A DNA stretch of 64,000 nt from an uncultured Alphaproteobacteria bacterium (lineage in GTDB: Bacteria > Pseudomonadota > Alphaproteobacteria > Sphingomonadales > Sphingomonadaceae), in the NCBI GenBank assembly GCA_963765775.1, contig CAVXXQ010000007.1, positions 57,769 through 121,768 on the forward strand. The letters are read 5' to 3'. Below, piece after piece: positions 9,921 to 19,944 of this stretch. The first letter of the stretch is position 1; every line of letters begins with the position of its first letter. A program made the position numbers and the translations under genes. Under the pieces are notes generated by a model. That model was not told where the DNA came from and searched no databases. It saw only the letters and a list, made by a program, of their open reading frames with translations.

Positions 9921-10670
9921 ATGACCGTGACCCGCTTTTTCTCGCTCCCCCTGCTCGCACTTGCGCCGCTGATGCTGGTCGCCTGCGGAGACGATGCCAC
10001 CCCCGAAGGCAGCGCGGCCAAGGGCGAAGCGCTCCCCGCGATTGCCGCGCCGGCCGGTAGCAGCTGGGCCGACACCGTGGTGATCACGCCGGAAAGCGGC
10101 TATCAGATCGGCAATCCCGACGCGCCGATCAAGCTGGTCGAATATGCCTCGCACACCTGCTCGCACTGCGCGGACTTTGCCAAGACCGGCAAGGAAGCGC
10201 TCAAGGCCAAGTATGTCGCCAGCGGCGTCGTCAGCTTCGAGCAGCGCGAAGTGTTCCTCAATCCCTTCGATCTGGTCATCGCGGGCCTTGCCCAGTGCGG
10301 CACCAAGGAACAGTTCCAGCCGCTGTCCGATCAGGTGTGGGGTAACCTCGAAAGCGTGTTCGCCGGGCTGCAGGGCAACCCGCAGGCGGTTGAGGCAGCA
10401 GGCACCTTGCCGACCAACCAGCGTTTTGCCGCGATTGCGCAGGCCACCGGCCTGCTCGACTTCTTCGCCGCGCGCGGGGTGAGCGCGGATCAGGGCGTGA
10501 CCTGCCTGACCGACGCCGCCAAGATGGAAGCGCTGGTCAAGTCCACCGAAGCCAATTCGACCAAGGACCAGATCCAGGGGACGCCGACGTTCTTCCTCAA
10601 CGGCAAGAAGCTCGAAGGCACGACCTGGGAAATGGTCGAACCGCAGCTCCAGCGCGCCGGCGCACGCTGA
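9921..10670 (+). CDS. DsbA-like thioredoxin-domain lipoprotein (copy 2)
   Basis: Lipobox LMLVAC; EYASHTCSHCADF; QGTPTF. Confidence 0.92.
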   Translation: MTVTRFFSLPLLALAPLMLVACGDDATPEGSAAKGEALPAIAAPAGSSWADTVVITPESGYQIGNPDAPIKLVEYASHTCSHCADFAKTGKEALKAKYVASGVVSFEQREVFLNPFDLVIAGLAQCGTKEQFQPLSDQVWGNLESVFAGLQGNPQAVEAAGTLPTNQRFAAIAQATGLLDFFAARGVSADQGVTCLTDAAKMEALVKSTEANSTKDQIQGTPTFFLNGKKLEGTTWEMVEPQLQRAGAR

Positions 10671-10683
10671 GGCTGACGGGCGG
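10636..10683 (+). repeat. 48-bp direct repeat, identical at 11500-11547
   Basis: TCGAACCGCAGCTCCAGCGCGCCGGCGCACGCTGAGGCTGACGGGCGG covers the 3' ends of DsbA copies 2 and 3. Confidence 0.92.
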
Positions 10684-10790
10684 ACGAGCGGGGGCGCACG
10701 CGAATTGTTCACAGCCGCAAACGCGTGCTTGCTGCAAGGGCGCGTGCGCGGCTATTCTCGGGCACTTCGTTTCTTGAGGATTGCTCCGCG

Positions 10791-11534
10791 ATGACCGTGA
10801 CGCGCCTGTTCTCGCTGCCCCTGCTCGCACTTGCGCCGCTGCTGCTGGTCGCCTGCGGAGACGATGCCGCTGGTCCGGCCGCCAGTAGCGAGCCGCTGCC
10901 GATCATGGCCCCTCCTGCTGGCGCGAGCTGGTCGCAGACAGTCGCCGCGACTGCCGATGGCGGCTACCTCATGGGCAATCCCGATGCGCCGCTCAAGGTC
11001 ATCGAATACGGCTCGCTCACCTGCCCGGCCTGCGCCCGTTTCGCTGGCGAAGGCATGGAGCCACTGAAGGCGACCTACATCAATTCGGGCCGCGTCAGCT
11101 TCGAGTTCCGCAGCTTCCTGATCCACGGGCCGCTCGACCTTGCGTTGACCCGCCTGATCGGCTGTTCCAGCCCCGAGGCGGCGCTGCCGCTCGCAGATCA
11201 GGTCTGGGCCAATCTGCAACCCATTCAGGAACGCGCCTATGCTGACCAGTCGGCCATCGCGAACATCAACGGCCTTCCCGAAAACCAGCGTTATGTGAAG
11301 TTTGGCGAGCTCACCGGCCTGTTCGATTTTTTCGCCGCGCGCGGGATCAGCGAAGATCAGGCGCGCACGTGCCTTGCCGATTTCGCCTCGCTGGAGCGTC
11401 TTTCGAAACTCTCGGAAGGCTATTCCGCAGGCGGCATCAACCAGACGCCGACCTTCCTGCTGAACGGCAACAAGCTGGACGCTGGATCGTGGGCCGAGCT
11501 CGAACCGCAGCTCCAGCGCGCCGGCGCACGCTGA
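10791..11534 (+). CDS. DsbA-like thioredoxin-domain lipoprotein (copy 3)
   Basis: Start re-picked at ATG 10791 (MTVTRLFSLPLL); lipobox LLLVAC; EYGSLTCPACARF; NQTPTF. Confidence 0.92.
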   Translation: MTVTRLFSLPLLALAPLLLVACGDDAAGPAASSEPLPIMAPPAGASWSQTVAATADGGYLMGNPDAPLKVIEYGSLTCPACARFAGEGMEPLKATYINSGRVSFEFRSFLIHGPLDLALTRLIGCSSPEAALPLADQVWANLQPIQERAYADQSAIANINGLPENQRYVKFGELTGLFDFFAARGISEDQARTCLADFASLERLSKLSEGYSAGGINQTPTFLLNGNKLDAGSWAELEPQLQRAGAR

Positions 11535-11565
11535 GGCTGACGGGCGGGGGCGCACCGATAATCTG

Positions 11566-14500
11566 ATGCAGATCCACCGGCTCAAGCTCAGCGGGTTCAA
11601 GAGCTTCGTCAAGCCGGCGGAATTGCGTATCGAGCCCGGGCTGACCGGCGTGGTCGGCCCTAACGGCTGCGGCAAATCCAACCTCTTGGAAGCGATCCGC
11701 TGGGTGATGGGGGAGACCTCAGCCAAATCGATGCGGTCTGGGGGCATGGAGGACGTGATCTTCGCGGGCACGTCGACCCGCCCACCGCGCGACTTTGCCG
11801 AAGTGGTGCTCCACGCGCACGACGATGCCGACGAGGAACTGGTCGTCACTCGCCGGATCGAGCGCGGCGCGGGCTCTGCCTACCGCGTCAACGGCCGCGA
11901 CGTGCGCGCCAAGGACGTCGCGCTGACCTTCGCCGATGCCGCGACCGGCGCGCATTCCCCGGCGCTCGTCAGCCAGGGCAAGATCGCGCAGGTGATCGCC
12001 GCCAAGCCTGCCGAACGCCGCGCGATGCTCGAAGAAGCGGCGGGGATCGCGGGGCTGCACGTGCGGCGCAAGGATGCCGAAAGCAAGCTGCGCGGCGCCG
12101 AGGTGAACCTTGCGCGGCTCGAGGATCTGATGGCAGGCCTCGACGCGCAGATCGCGTCGCTGCGGCGGCAGGCCAAGCAGGCCGAACGCTACACCGAACT
12201 GACGCGGCTGATCCAATCCGCCGAAGCCCGGCTGCTGTTCGCGCGCTGGCGCGAGGCGGCGGCGGCGGCCAAGGCGGCGCGCGCTGCGGCGGAAGCTGCC
12301 GAAGCCAAGGTCGCGCAGGCACAGGGTCTGGTCGAGATTGCGCAGAGCCAGCAGGCCGAAGCGGCCCATGCGCTCGCCGATGCCCGCGACGAACTTGCCG
12401 ACCGCCGCGACGATGCCAGCGCCCACGGTCACCGCATGGCAGCCCTCGCCGAGAAGCTCGACGCCGCAGAAACCCGCCTTGCCGACCTTGCCCGCCAGCG
12501 CCAACGGCTCGAGGAGGATCGCTCCGACGCCGACAGGTTGACCGGCGCGGCGGTCGAGGCTTTGGCGCGGCTCACCGCCGAAGTCGCCGCCAGCCGCGAG
12601 GCGGTGAGCATTGCCGCCGCCGCGCGCCCGGTGCTCGCCGAAAAGGCCGAGGACAAGGAACGCGCCAGCCGCGCCGCCGAGCTCGCATTGGCCAAGGCAA
12701 CCGCCGATCAGGCCGGGGTCGAGGCCGAATGGCGCGTCGCCGAAGCTGCGGTCGACCAAGCCGCAACCCGCCTCGCCCGGATCGAAGCCGACGCCGCCCG
12801 CATCGCCCGCACCCGCGCCGAACTCGCCTCAAGCAGCGACCCCGAGGCCGACGTCATCGCCGCGCGTGAGGCTGCGGAGGCGGCGGCCGAGGACGTCACC
12901 CGCCTGCGCGCCAAGCTCGCCGCCGATCAGGCGCGCAAGGCCGACTTGCAGACCGCGCGTGACGAGGCCGCATCCGCGCTCGCCGCCGCCCGCGCCGAAC
13001 TTGCAGGGATCGAGCGCGAGCATACCGCCCTCGCCCGCGACCGCGAGGCGCGTGCCAAGCGCGAAGCGGGGCGGCAGGGCATGCCGACCCCGCTCGACCG
13101 CGTGACGGTCGCGCCGGGCTACGAACGCGCGCTTGCGGCGGTGCTGGGCCGCGACGGCAAGTCGCCGCTCGGCGCGCCCGCTACCGCGCAGGACGGTCGC
13201 TTCTGGACGGGGGCCGCGCCTCCGAAGCCGGTGGCCGACAGCCTGCTGTCACGCCTCTCGCAATGCCCTGACGAACTCGCCGCCCGCCTCGCGCTGGTCC
13301 ACTGCGTCGAGGCGGACGACGGCCGCGCGCTCGGCCCCGGCGAGTGGCTCGTCACCCGCGCCGGGCACCTCAGGCGCTGGGACGGCTTCGTCGCTCGGGG
13401 CGAAGGCGCCGGCGAAGCCGCGCAGCTCGAAGCCGCCAACCGCTTCGCCGAACTCGAATCCGCCCTGCCCCCCTTGCGCGAAGCCGCCGCCCGCGCCGAG
13501 GCCGAGGACAAGGCGGTTCGCGAAGAACTTGCGGCCCTCCAGTCCGATCTCGTCGCGCAGGAGCGCGGGATTGCAGGCGCTATCGAGGCCGAACGCCACG
13601 CGCTGCGCCGCCTCGATCAGGCCGAAGCCGCCAAGGAACGCCTCGCCGCGCGCCTCGCGGAACTCGCCGCCAGCGCAGGGGACGTCGAAAGCCAGATCGC
13701 CGCAGCAAAGGGCGAGGTCGAGACCGCACGGGCAGCCTGCGCGCGCCTCCCTGAAAAGGACGCCGGACGCGCCGCGCTCGAGGCTGCGCAAGCGAAGAAC
13801 GCCGCCGCCCGCGCCGCGGTGCAATCCGCGCTCGCCGATCTCGCCGCGCAGGACCAGGCCCTCGCCGTCGCGCGCGAGCGGCTCGCCGCGCAATCCGCCG
13901 ACCAGGCCGGATGGCAGGCCCGAGCCTCCGATGCCGAGCGGCGCATGGCCGAAACCGCGCGGCGGCTTGCGGAAATCGCCGAGGATCACGCCATCCACGC
14001 AGCCAAGCCCGCCGCGCTCACCGCCGAGATCGAGGCGGGCGAGGAGACTCGCACACGCCTCACCGCCGAACTCGCCGCCGCCGACACGGTGATGCGCGAG
14101 GCCGAAACCCGCCAGCGCGCCGCCGACGCTGCGCTTGCGGCAGCCACCGAGGTGCTCGCCCAGGCCCGCGAAAGCCGCGCCAGCCTTGTCGCCCGCGCCG
14201 AGAACGAAGAGCTGCGCCGCGCCGAGATGGGCCGCATTTCGGGCGAGCGCTTCCAGTGCTCGCCCCCACTGCTGCCCGACCGCTTCGGCTTTACCGAGGA
14301 CGCGCTTGCGCCTGCGTCAGAGGAATCCGCCGAGCTTGAAAAGCTCACCGCCTCGCGCGAACGGATCGGACCGGTCAACCTCGTCGCCGCCGACGATCTT
14401 GCCCGGATCGAGGCCGACCACGGCAACAGCGCCGAGGAGCAGGCCGAACTTGTCGAAGCAATCGCGCGGCTGCGCGGATCGATCGGCAGCCTCAACCGCG

Positions 14501-14988
14501 AGGGCCGCGAGCGGCTGCGCGCCGCCTTCGAAGCGGTCGATGGGCATTTCCGTGTGCTCTTCACCCGGCTGTTCGAGGGCGGCGCGGCGCACTTGGCGCT
14601 GGTGGACAGCGACGATCCGCTGGAAGCAGGCCTCGAAATCTACGCCCAGCCGCCCGGTAAACGGCTGCAGTCACTCTCGCTGCTGTCGGGCGGGGAGCAG
14701 GCGCTGACCGCAACGGCGCTGATCTTTGCGCTGTTCCTCACCAACCCCGCGCCGATCTGCGTGCTCGACGAAGTCGACGCGCCATTGGACGACGCCAATG
14801 TCGAACGCTTCTGCGATCTGCTGGATTCGATGGTCCGTACCACCACCACGCGCTACCTGATCGTCACCCACAACGCGGTGACGATGAGCCGGATGCACCG
14901 CTTGTTCGGCGTGACGATGGCAGAAAAAGGCGTCTCGCGGCTCGTGAGCGTCGACCTGGGCGAAGCTGCACTGCTGGCGGCGGAGTAG
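11566..14988 (+). CDS. smc: Chromosome segregation ATPase SMC
   Basis: Walker A GPNGCGKSN, long coiled coils, hinge, LSGGE signature, Walker B/D-loop LDEVDAPLD. Confidence 0.96.
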   Translation: MQIHRLKLSGFKSFVKPAELRIEPGLTGVVGPNGCGKSNLLEAIRWVMGETSAKSMRSGGMEDVIFAGTSTRPPRDFAEVVLHAHDDADEELVVTRRIERGAGSAYRVNGRDVRAKDVALTFADAATGAHSPALVSQGKIAQVIAAKPAERRAMLEEAAGIAGLHVRRKDAESKLRGAEVNLARLEDLMAGLDAQIASLRRQAKQAERYTELTRLIQSAEARLLFARWREAAAAAKAARAAAEAAEAKVAQAQGLVEIAQSQQAEAAHALADARDELADRRDDASAHGHRMAALAEKLDAAETRLADLARQRQRLEEDRSDADRLTGAAVEALARLTAEVAASREAVSIAAAARPVLAEKAEDKERASRAAELALAKATADQAGVEAEWRVAEAAVDQAATRLARIEADAARIARTRAELASSSDPEADVIAAREAAEAAAEDVTRLRAKLAADQARKADLQTARDEAASALAAARAELAGIEREHTALARDREARAKREAGRQGMPTPLDRVTVAPGYERALAAVLGRDGKSPLGAPATAQDGRFWTGAAPPKPVADSLLSRLSQCPDELAARLALVHCVEADDGRALGPGEWLVTRAGHLRRWDGFVARGEGAGEAAQLEAANRFAELESALPPLREAAARAEAEDKAVREELAALQSDLVAQERGIAGAIEAERHALRRLDQAEAAKERLAARLAELAASAGDVESQIAAAKGEVETARAACARLPEKDAGRAALEAAQAKNAAARAAVQSALADLAAQDQALAVARERLAAQSADQAGWQARASDAERRMAETARRLAEIAEDHAIHAAKPAALTAEIEAGEETRTRLTAELAAADTVMREAETRQRAADAALAAATEVLAQARESRASLVARAENEELRRAEMGRISGERFQCSPPLLPDRFGFTEDALAPASEESAELEKLTASRERIGPVNLVAADDLARIEADHGNSAEEQAELVEAIARLRGSIGSLNREGRERLRAAFEAVDGHFRVLFTRLFEGGAAHLALVDSDDPLEAGLEIYAQPPGKRLQSLSLLSGGEQALTATALIFALFLTNPAPICVLDEVDAPLDDANVERFCDLLDSMVRTTTTRYLIVTHNAVTMSRMHRLFGVTMAEKGVSRLVSVDLGEAALLAAE

Positions 14989-14991
14989 GCT

Positions 14992-15423
14992 TTACGCCTC
15001 CAGCGCAGCGGCCAGCTTTGCGCGCACCGCTTTCAGCCCCGCGATCACTTCGGCCATGTCGGGCCCTTCGGAGACCATCAGGCGCACGCCGGGCATGTCG
15101 GTGTCCTCGGCATCGGCCCGCCGGTCGCCGCTGCGGCGGTCGTCCTCGCGGCGGTCGAGCGGGGACTTGGCGGCCCCGCGCAGCACCGCTTCGGCGCCTT
15201 TGAGCGTATAGCCCTCAGCGTTGACCAGCCGGTCGATGGTTCGCACCAGATCGATATCGGCGGGGCGGTAATAGCGCCGCCCGCCGCTGCGCTTGAGCGG
15301 CTTCAACAGCGGGAACTGCGCTTCCCAGTAGCGCAGCACGTGAGCGCGGATGCCCAGCGCGTCGCTGACTTCGCCGATGGTGCGCAGTGCGCCCTCGTCC
15401 TTGCCGTCACCGAATGCGGACAT
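14992..15423 (-). CDS. MerR family transcriptional regulator (ihfA-associated)
   Basis: TIGEVS..HVLRYWE..GGRRYY MerR HTH directly downstream of ihfA. Confidence 0.9.
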   Translation of the reverse strand: MSAFGDGKDEGALRTIGEVSDALGIRAHVLRYWEAQFPLLKPLKRSGGRRYYRPADIDLVRTIDRLVNAEGYTLKGAEAVLRGAAKSPLDRREDDRRSGDRRADAEDTDMPGVRLMVSEGPDMAEVIAGLKAVRAKLAAALEA

Positions 15424-15443
15424 TGCATTTCACCTTTGCTGCG

Positions 15444-15743
15444 TCACCCCTTGGTGATGCGTTCCTTGAGCAGCTGGCTCGCACGGAAGGTCATCACCCG
15501 GCGCGGGGTGATCGGCACTTCGATCCCGGTCTTGGGATTGCGGCCAACCCGCTCGTTCTTGTCGCGCAGCACGAAGCTGCCGAAGCCCGAAATCTTGACG
15601 TTCTCACCCTTGGCGAGCGCGTCGCTCATCTTGCCGAGGATCGACTCGACCATATCGAGCGATTCAGCCCGGCTGAAACCCATCTTGCGATTGATCGTCT
15701 CTGCCAAATCGGCGCGGGTCAAAGTGCCAACCGAACGCATCAT
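15444..15743 (-). CDS. ihfA: Integration host factor subunit alpha
   Basis: [34 protein letters not shown]. Confidence 0.96.
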   Translation of the reverse strand: MMRSVGTLTRADLAETINRKMGFSRAESLDMVESILGKMSDALAKGENVKISGFGSFVLRDKNERVGRNPKTGIEVPITPRRVMTFRASQLLKERITKG

Positions 15744-15881
15744 CCGAAATCTCCTCAGCGGCGCGACCCTAAAGATGCGAAAGCGTTTAAGGGATTTCTG
15801 GCGCTTTTGCAAAGCGATGCCGCGGGTTCGGACACTTTTTCTGCATTTATGTTAGGTATAGGGACAACTTCCCTGTCCAGG

Positions 15882-16856
15882 TCACATGCGGATCAGGCTC
15901 GCACCCCAGGTGAAACCGCCGCCCATCGCTTCAAGCATGACCAGATCGCCTGCCTTGATCCGCCCGTCCTTGCGCGCCACATCGAGCGCAAGCGGCACCG
16001 AGGCGGCCGAGGTGTTGGCGTGGCGATCGACGGTGACGATGACCTTTTCAGGCGCGACGCCGAGCTTGCGCGCGGTGGCATCAAGGATCCGGGCATTGGC
16101 CTGATGGGGCACGATCCAGTCGATCTCGTCAACCGAAATTCCTGTATCCTCAAGCACTTCCTTGAGAACGTTCGACAGATTGACGACCGCGTGGCGGAAC
16201 ACTTCTTGTCCTCGCATCCGCAGGTGGCCAACGGTTTGCGTAGTTGACGGGCCGCCGTCGACATAGAGCAGTTCGTGCTTGTCACCGTCCGCATGGAGGC
16301 GCGTGCCGATGATCCCCGGCGCGTCCTTGCCTGCGCTGTCTGCGCCGGGCGCTTCGAGCACCAAGGCCCCTGCCCCGTCGCCGAACAGGACGCAGGTGGT
16401 GCGGTCTTCCCAGTCGAGGATGCGGCTGAAGGTCTCTGCGCCGATCACAAGCGCGCGCTTGGCCATGCCGGTGCGCAGCAGCGAATCGGCGGTCGCGAGC
16501 GCATAAAGGAAGCCCGAGCACACAGCGGCGACATCGAAGGCGATCCCGCCCTGGCAGCCAAGCGCGGCCTGCACCTTGGTGGCGGTGGCGGGGAAGGTGT
16601 TGTCGGGCGTTGCGGTGGCCAGCACGATCAGGCCGATCGAAGACGCCTCGATCCCCGCATCCTCGAGCGCAGCGCGCGCTGCGGCAATCGCGAGGGTTGC
16701 AGTCGTTTCATCATCGCTTGCGATATGGCGCTGGCGGATGCCGGTGCGGGCGACGATCCACTCGTCCGAGGTGTCGACCCGCTCGGCAAGCTCGGCATTG
16801 GTGACGATCCGGCGGGGCAGCGCGGAACCCGTTCCAAGCACGCGCGATCCGTTCAC
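15882..16856 (-). CDS. fabH: 3-oxoacyl-ACP synthase III
   Basis: AVCSGF catalytic Cys, [27 protein letters not shown]. Confidence 0.96.
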   Translation of the reverse strand: MNGSRVLGTGSALPRRIVTNAELAERVDTSDEWIVARTGIRQRHIASDDETTATLAIAAARAALEDAGIEASSIGLIVLATATPDNTFPATATKVQAALGCQGGIAFDVAAVCSGFLYALATADSLLRTGMAKRALVIGAETFSRILDWEDRTTCVLFGDGAGALVLEAPGADSAGKDAPGIIGTRLHADGDKHELLYVDGGPSTTQTVGHLRMRGQEVFRHAVVNLSNVLKEVLEDTGISVDEIDWIVPHQANARILDATARKLGVAPEKVIVTVDRHANTSAASVPLALDVARKDGRIKAGDLVMLEAMGGGFTWGASLIRM

Positions 16857-17956
16857 GGGGTCGGCTCGCTATCGCTTGCGGCAGGCACGGGCGCGGGGGC
16901 GGGATGGCGGCCGTTGCGGCCGAACGCCCCTTCGCCGAGCTGCGAAAGATCTTCGGCGATCCGCTGCGTCAGCTTGTTCTCGAGCAATCGCGCGGTCACC
17001 GCGACGGCATGGGCGACGCCCTTGGCATTGGCGCTGCCGTGGCTCTTAACCACCACACCGTTGAGGCCGAGGAAGACCGCGCCATTGTGGTTGTTGGGGT
17101 CGAGATGGTGCTTCAGAAGCTCCGTCGCGGGGCGCGAGACGAGGAAGCCGATCTTGGAACGCAGCGAGGAGGTGAAGGCCTGACGCAGCAGATCGGTGAC
17201 GAATCGCGCCGAGCCTTCGATCGCCTTCAGCGCGATGTTGCCCGAAAAGCCGTCGGTGACGACCACATGGGTCTCGCCCCGGTTGATCTTGTCGCTCTCG
17301 ACGAAACCGTCGAATTGCAGCGCCAGCCCGCCATCGGCCGAAGCGGCGATCAGCATGGCAGCCGCATCACGCAGCTCTTCGGTGCCCTTGATCTCTTCGG
17401 TGCCGATGTTGAGCAGCCGCACGACCGGCTTGTCGAAGCCGGTGACGATCCGCGAATAGGCCGCGCCCATCACCGCGTATTGCACAAGGTTGCGCGCATC
17501 GGCTTCGGTGTTCGCGCCCAGATCGAGCATCACCACGTCATGCGCCTGCAACGTCGGCATGATCGCGGCGAGCGCAGGGCGGTCGATCCCGGGCATAGTG
17601 CGCAGCGCGAGCTTGCTCATCGCCATCAGCGCGCCGGTGTTGCCTGCGCTGACCGCAGCGCCCGCATCGCCGGTCTTCACCGCGTTGACCGCAAGGCCCA
17701 TCGAGGTGGTCTTGGCGCGGCGGATCGCCTTGCTGGGCAGCTCGTCGCCGCCCACCACATCGTCGCAATGGAGGATTTCGGAGGCCGCCCGAAGGTTCGG
17801 ATGGTTCGCAAGCGCGGCCTCGATCCGCTGGCCGTCACCGACGAGCAGGAACTTGAACTTATCGTGATCGCGGCGCGCAAGGGCAGCGCCTTCGACCATA
17901 ACGCGCACGCCCTCATCGCCGCCCATCGCATCGACAGCGATACGCGGGAGGTTCAT
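16853..17956 (-). CDS. plsX: Phosphate acyltransferase PlsX
   Basis: [39 protein letters not shown]; start re-picked at ATG 17956. Confidence 0.96.
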   Translation of the reverse strand: MNLPRIAVDAMGGDEGVRVMVEGAALARRDHDKFKFLLVGDGQRIEAALANHPNLRAASEILHCDDVVGGDELPSKAIRRAKTTSMGLAVNAVKTGDAGAAVSAGNTGALMAMSKLALRTMPGIDRPALAAIMPTLQAHDVVMLDLGANTEADARNLVQYAVMGAAYSRIVTGFDKPVVRLLNIGTEEIKGTEELRDAAAMLIAASADGGLALQFDGFVESDKINRGETHVVVTDGFSGNIALKAIEGSARFVTDLLRQAFTSSLRSKIGFLVSRPATELLKHHLDPNNHNGAVFLGLNGVVVKSHGSANAKGVAHAVAVTARLLENKLTQRIAEDLSQLGEGAFGRNGRHPAPAPVPAASDSEPTP

Positions 17957-17994
17957 CGTGCGATACTCCGGTCTAGGGTGAAGGCCACCGGCAA

Positions 17995-18171
17995 TCAGCC
18001 GACGGCGACGACCTGACGCCCGTTGTAGTGGCCGCAATGGCCGCAGATGTTGTGCGGGCGCTTAAGTTCGCCGCAGTTGCTGCACTCACCGAAGGCTTCG
18101 ACCCTCAGCGAATCGTGCGAGCGACGCATGCCGCGACGCGAAGGCGATGTTTTCCTCTTGGGGACAGCCAT
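17995..18171 (-). CDS. rpmF: 50S ribosomal protein L32 (58 aa, absent from ORF track)
   Basis: Hand translation [58 protein letters not shown]; Zn-binding CxxC..CxxC form; upstream of plsX. Confidence 0.97.
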   Translation of the reverse strand: MAVPKRKTSPSRRGMRRSHDSLRVEAFGECSNCGELKRPHNICGHCGHYNGRQVVAVG

Positions 18172-18410
18172 GGTGGCACCATTTCCTCAAATAAATACGT
18201 TTGTTCGCGCCGCCGACACTACACTGCGCCAAGGCGTGATTCTCGAAGGCCGCCCTTACGGCAAGGATAGAGCCCGCACAAGCAGAAGCCGCGCGCACTT
18301 TCCTTGGCCAGCAGTGGCGGGAAGGCGCGCGCTATAGCTGAAAATTCGCGCGTTGCAAGCAGCGCGAGGCAGCCCTAGCACAGCCGCATATCAACGAGGG
18401 GATCTCATCC

Positions 18411-18806
18411 ATGACCGTACTTCCCGTAACGCTCGCTGCTGCGGCGGCGGCCGCTGTGCTCAACATCTGGTTGGGTATCCGCATCGGCGCATTGCGCACC
18501 GCGCTCAAGATCAGCATCGGCGACGGCGGTAGCGAGCCGCTCCAGCGCCGGATGCGGGCGCAATTGAACTATGTCGAGAACACCGCCTTCGTGCTGGTGC
18601 TGATCGCCGCGATCGAGCTCGCCGACACCGGCAGTTGGTGGCTTAGCCTTGTCGCTGCAGCCTATTTCTTGGGCCGCATCGCGCACGGTTTCGGCATGGA
18701 TGGGGGCAAGCTCAAGGTCGGGCGGATGATCGGCACGTTACTGACGATGCTGATCCAGCTCGGATTGGCCGTCGTGGCGGCGCTGACCGCGGCTGGGGTC
18801 ATGTAG
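18411..18806 (+). CDS. MAPEG family membrane protein
   Basis: RRMRAQLNYVE and GRIAHGFG motifs, four TM segments. Confidence 0.88.
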   Translation: MTVLPVTLAAAAAAAVLNIWLGIRIGALRTALKISIGDGGSEPLQRRMRAQLNYVENTAFVLVLIAAIELADTGSWWLSLVAAAYFLGRIAHGFGMDGGKLKVGRMIGTLLTMLIQLGLAVVAALTAAGVM

Positions 18807-18910
18807 CCCTAGGAGCTCAAACGCCAACCGGCCCGCCCCCGGACGGGCCGCAAGGCCGACCGGCCGCCCGCAGGCGCCCCGGAGCGGAGCGGAGGGAATA
18901 GCGCCGAGGA

Positions 18911-18932
18911 TGCTCGCCCGGAGGGGCGAGCA
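18911..18932. terminator. Hairpin between convergent genes
   Basis: TGCTCGCCC-GGAG-GGGCGAGCA perfect 9-bp stem; no U-tract; ends a GC-rich repeat-like tract at 18820-18932. Confidence 0.45.
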
Positions 18933-18935
18933 CAC

Positions 18936-19607
18936 TCAAGAAAGCGCGTAATCGCTCACAAACGCGTTGGTCTTGCGTTCGCGGCCGAAGGTGCTGGTCG
19001 CCCCGTGGCCGGGGATGAACATCACGTCCTCGCCGAGCGGCCAGAGGCGCTGGGTGATGCTGTCGATCAGGTCCTGATGATTGCCGCGCGGGAAGTCGGT
19101 GCGGCCGATGCTGCCCTGGAACAGAACATCGCCGACGATCGCGAAGCGGCTGGGTTCGTGGAAGAACACCACGTGGCCCGGCGTATGGCCGGGGCAGTGG
19201 ATCACGTCGAGCGTCAACTCGCCCACCGTCACCGTGTCGCCGTGCTTCAGCCAGCGGGTCGGCGTGAAGCTCTTCGCGACCATCCCCCAGCGCGGGCCGT
19301 CATCGTCGAGCTGGTCGATCCAGAAGCGGTCGTCTTCGTGCGGCCCTTCGATCTCGAGCCCCAGCTCCTCGGCCAGCATCCCCGCCTGCCCGCAATGATC
19401 GAGATGCCCGTGGGTGACGAGCAGCTTCTCAAGCGTAACGCCCGCCTTCGCGACGCCCTCCTTGAGCTTGTCGAGATCCCCGCCCGGATCAACCAGCGCG
19501 CCGCGCATGGTCTTGGTGCACCAGATCAGCGAGCAGTTCTGCTGGAGCGGCGTCACCGGAATGATCGCGGCGCGCATGGGGGGGAGCGGTTTGGGGGTGT
19601 CGGTCAT
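18936..19607 (-). CDS. MBL-fold metallo-hydrolase (glyoxalase II-like, YcbL type)
   Basis: THGHLDH, PGHTPGH, VGDVLF, PGHG; start re-picked at ATG 19607. Confidence 0.92.
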   Translation of the reverse strand: MTDTPKPLPPMRAAIIPVTPLQQNCSLIWCTKTMRGALVDPGGDLDKLKEGVAKAGVTLEKLLVTHGHLDHCGQAGMLAEELGLEIEGPHEDDRFWIDQLDDDGPRWGMVAKSFTPTRWLKHGDTVTVGELTLDVIHCPGHTPGHVVFFHEPSRFAIVGDVLFQGSIGRTDFPRGNHQDLIDSITQRLWPLGEDVMFIPGHGATSTFGRERKTNAFVSDYALS

Positions 19608-19653
19608 AGGATCGGAAATGGCTTGCCATCTGCGTGAATGCAAGCCGAGCCGA

Positions 19654-19944
19654 TCAGCAGCGAAGATCGACAATGTAGTCGGCAATCGCGCTGATGGTCG
19701 CCTGCGCGCGCGGCATCGCCGAAGGATGGGGGCCCAATCCCATGTGTTCCGCTTCAACCAGAACGAGGTAGTTGGCCGCCGCCACAGGGTTTTTACCGTC
19801 CCAAAGATGCGATGCAATGTGCGTGAGATAGCGATCATATTCGTCGTCGCAGTCATCACGCACCGCCCGGAGACCGATAGGGTCCCAGTGCGTCCAGCCA
19901 ATGTCCCTCAGTCGATTAAGGTCGAAAGTCGGGGGCGAAGTCAC
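19654..19944 (-). CDS. Hypothetical 96-aa protein with WDPIG..DEYD motif (DUF1871-like)
   Basis: C-terminal part of track ORF 19654..20340; GTG at 19944 overlaps the repressor stop (GTGA); LRDIGWTHWDPIG..DDEYDRYL. Confidence 0.7.
   Translation of the reverse strand: MTSPPTFDLNRLRDIGWTHWDPIGLRAVRDDCDDEYDRYLTHIASHLWDGKNPVAAANYLVLVEAEHMGLGPHPSAMPRAQATISAIADYIVDLRC

Noticed and set aside
10752-14849. Many long ORFs antisense or out of frame to DsbA copy 3 and smc
   Set aside because: Arg/Ala/Gly-rich shadow ORFs expected at high GC; no motifs; fully overlap a well-supported gene
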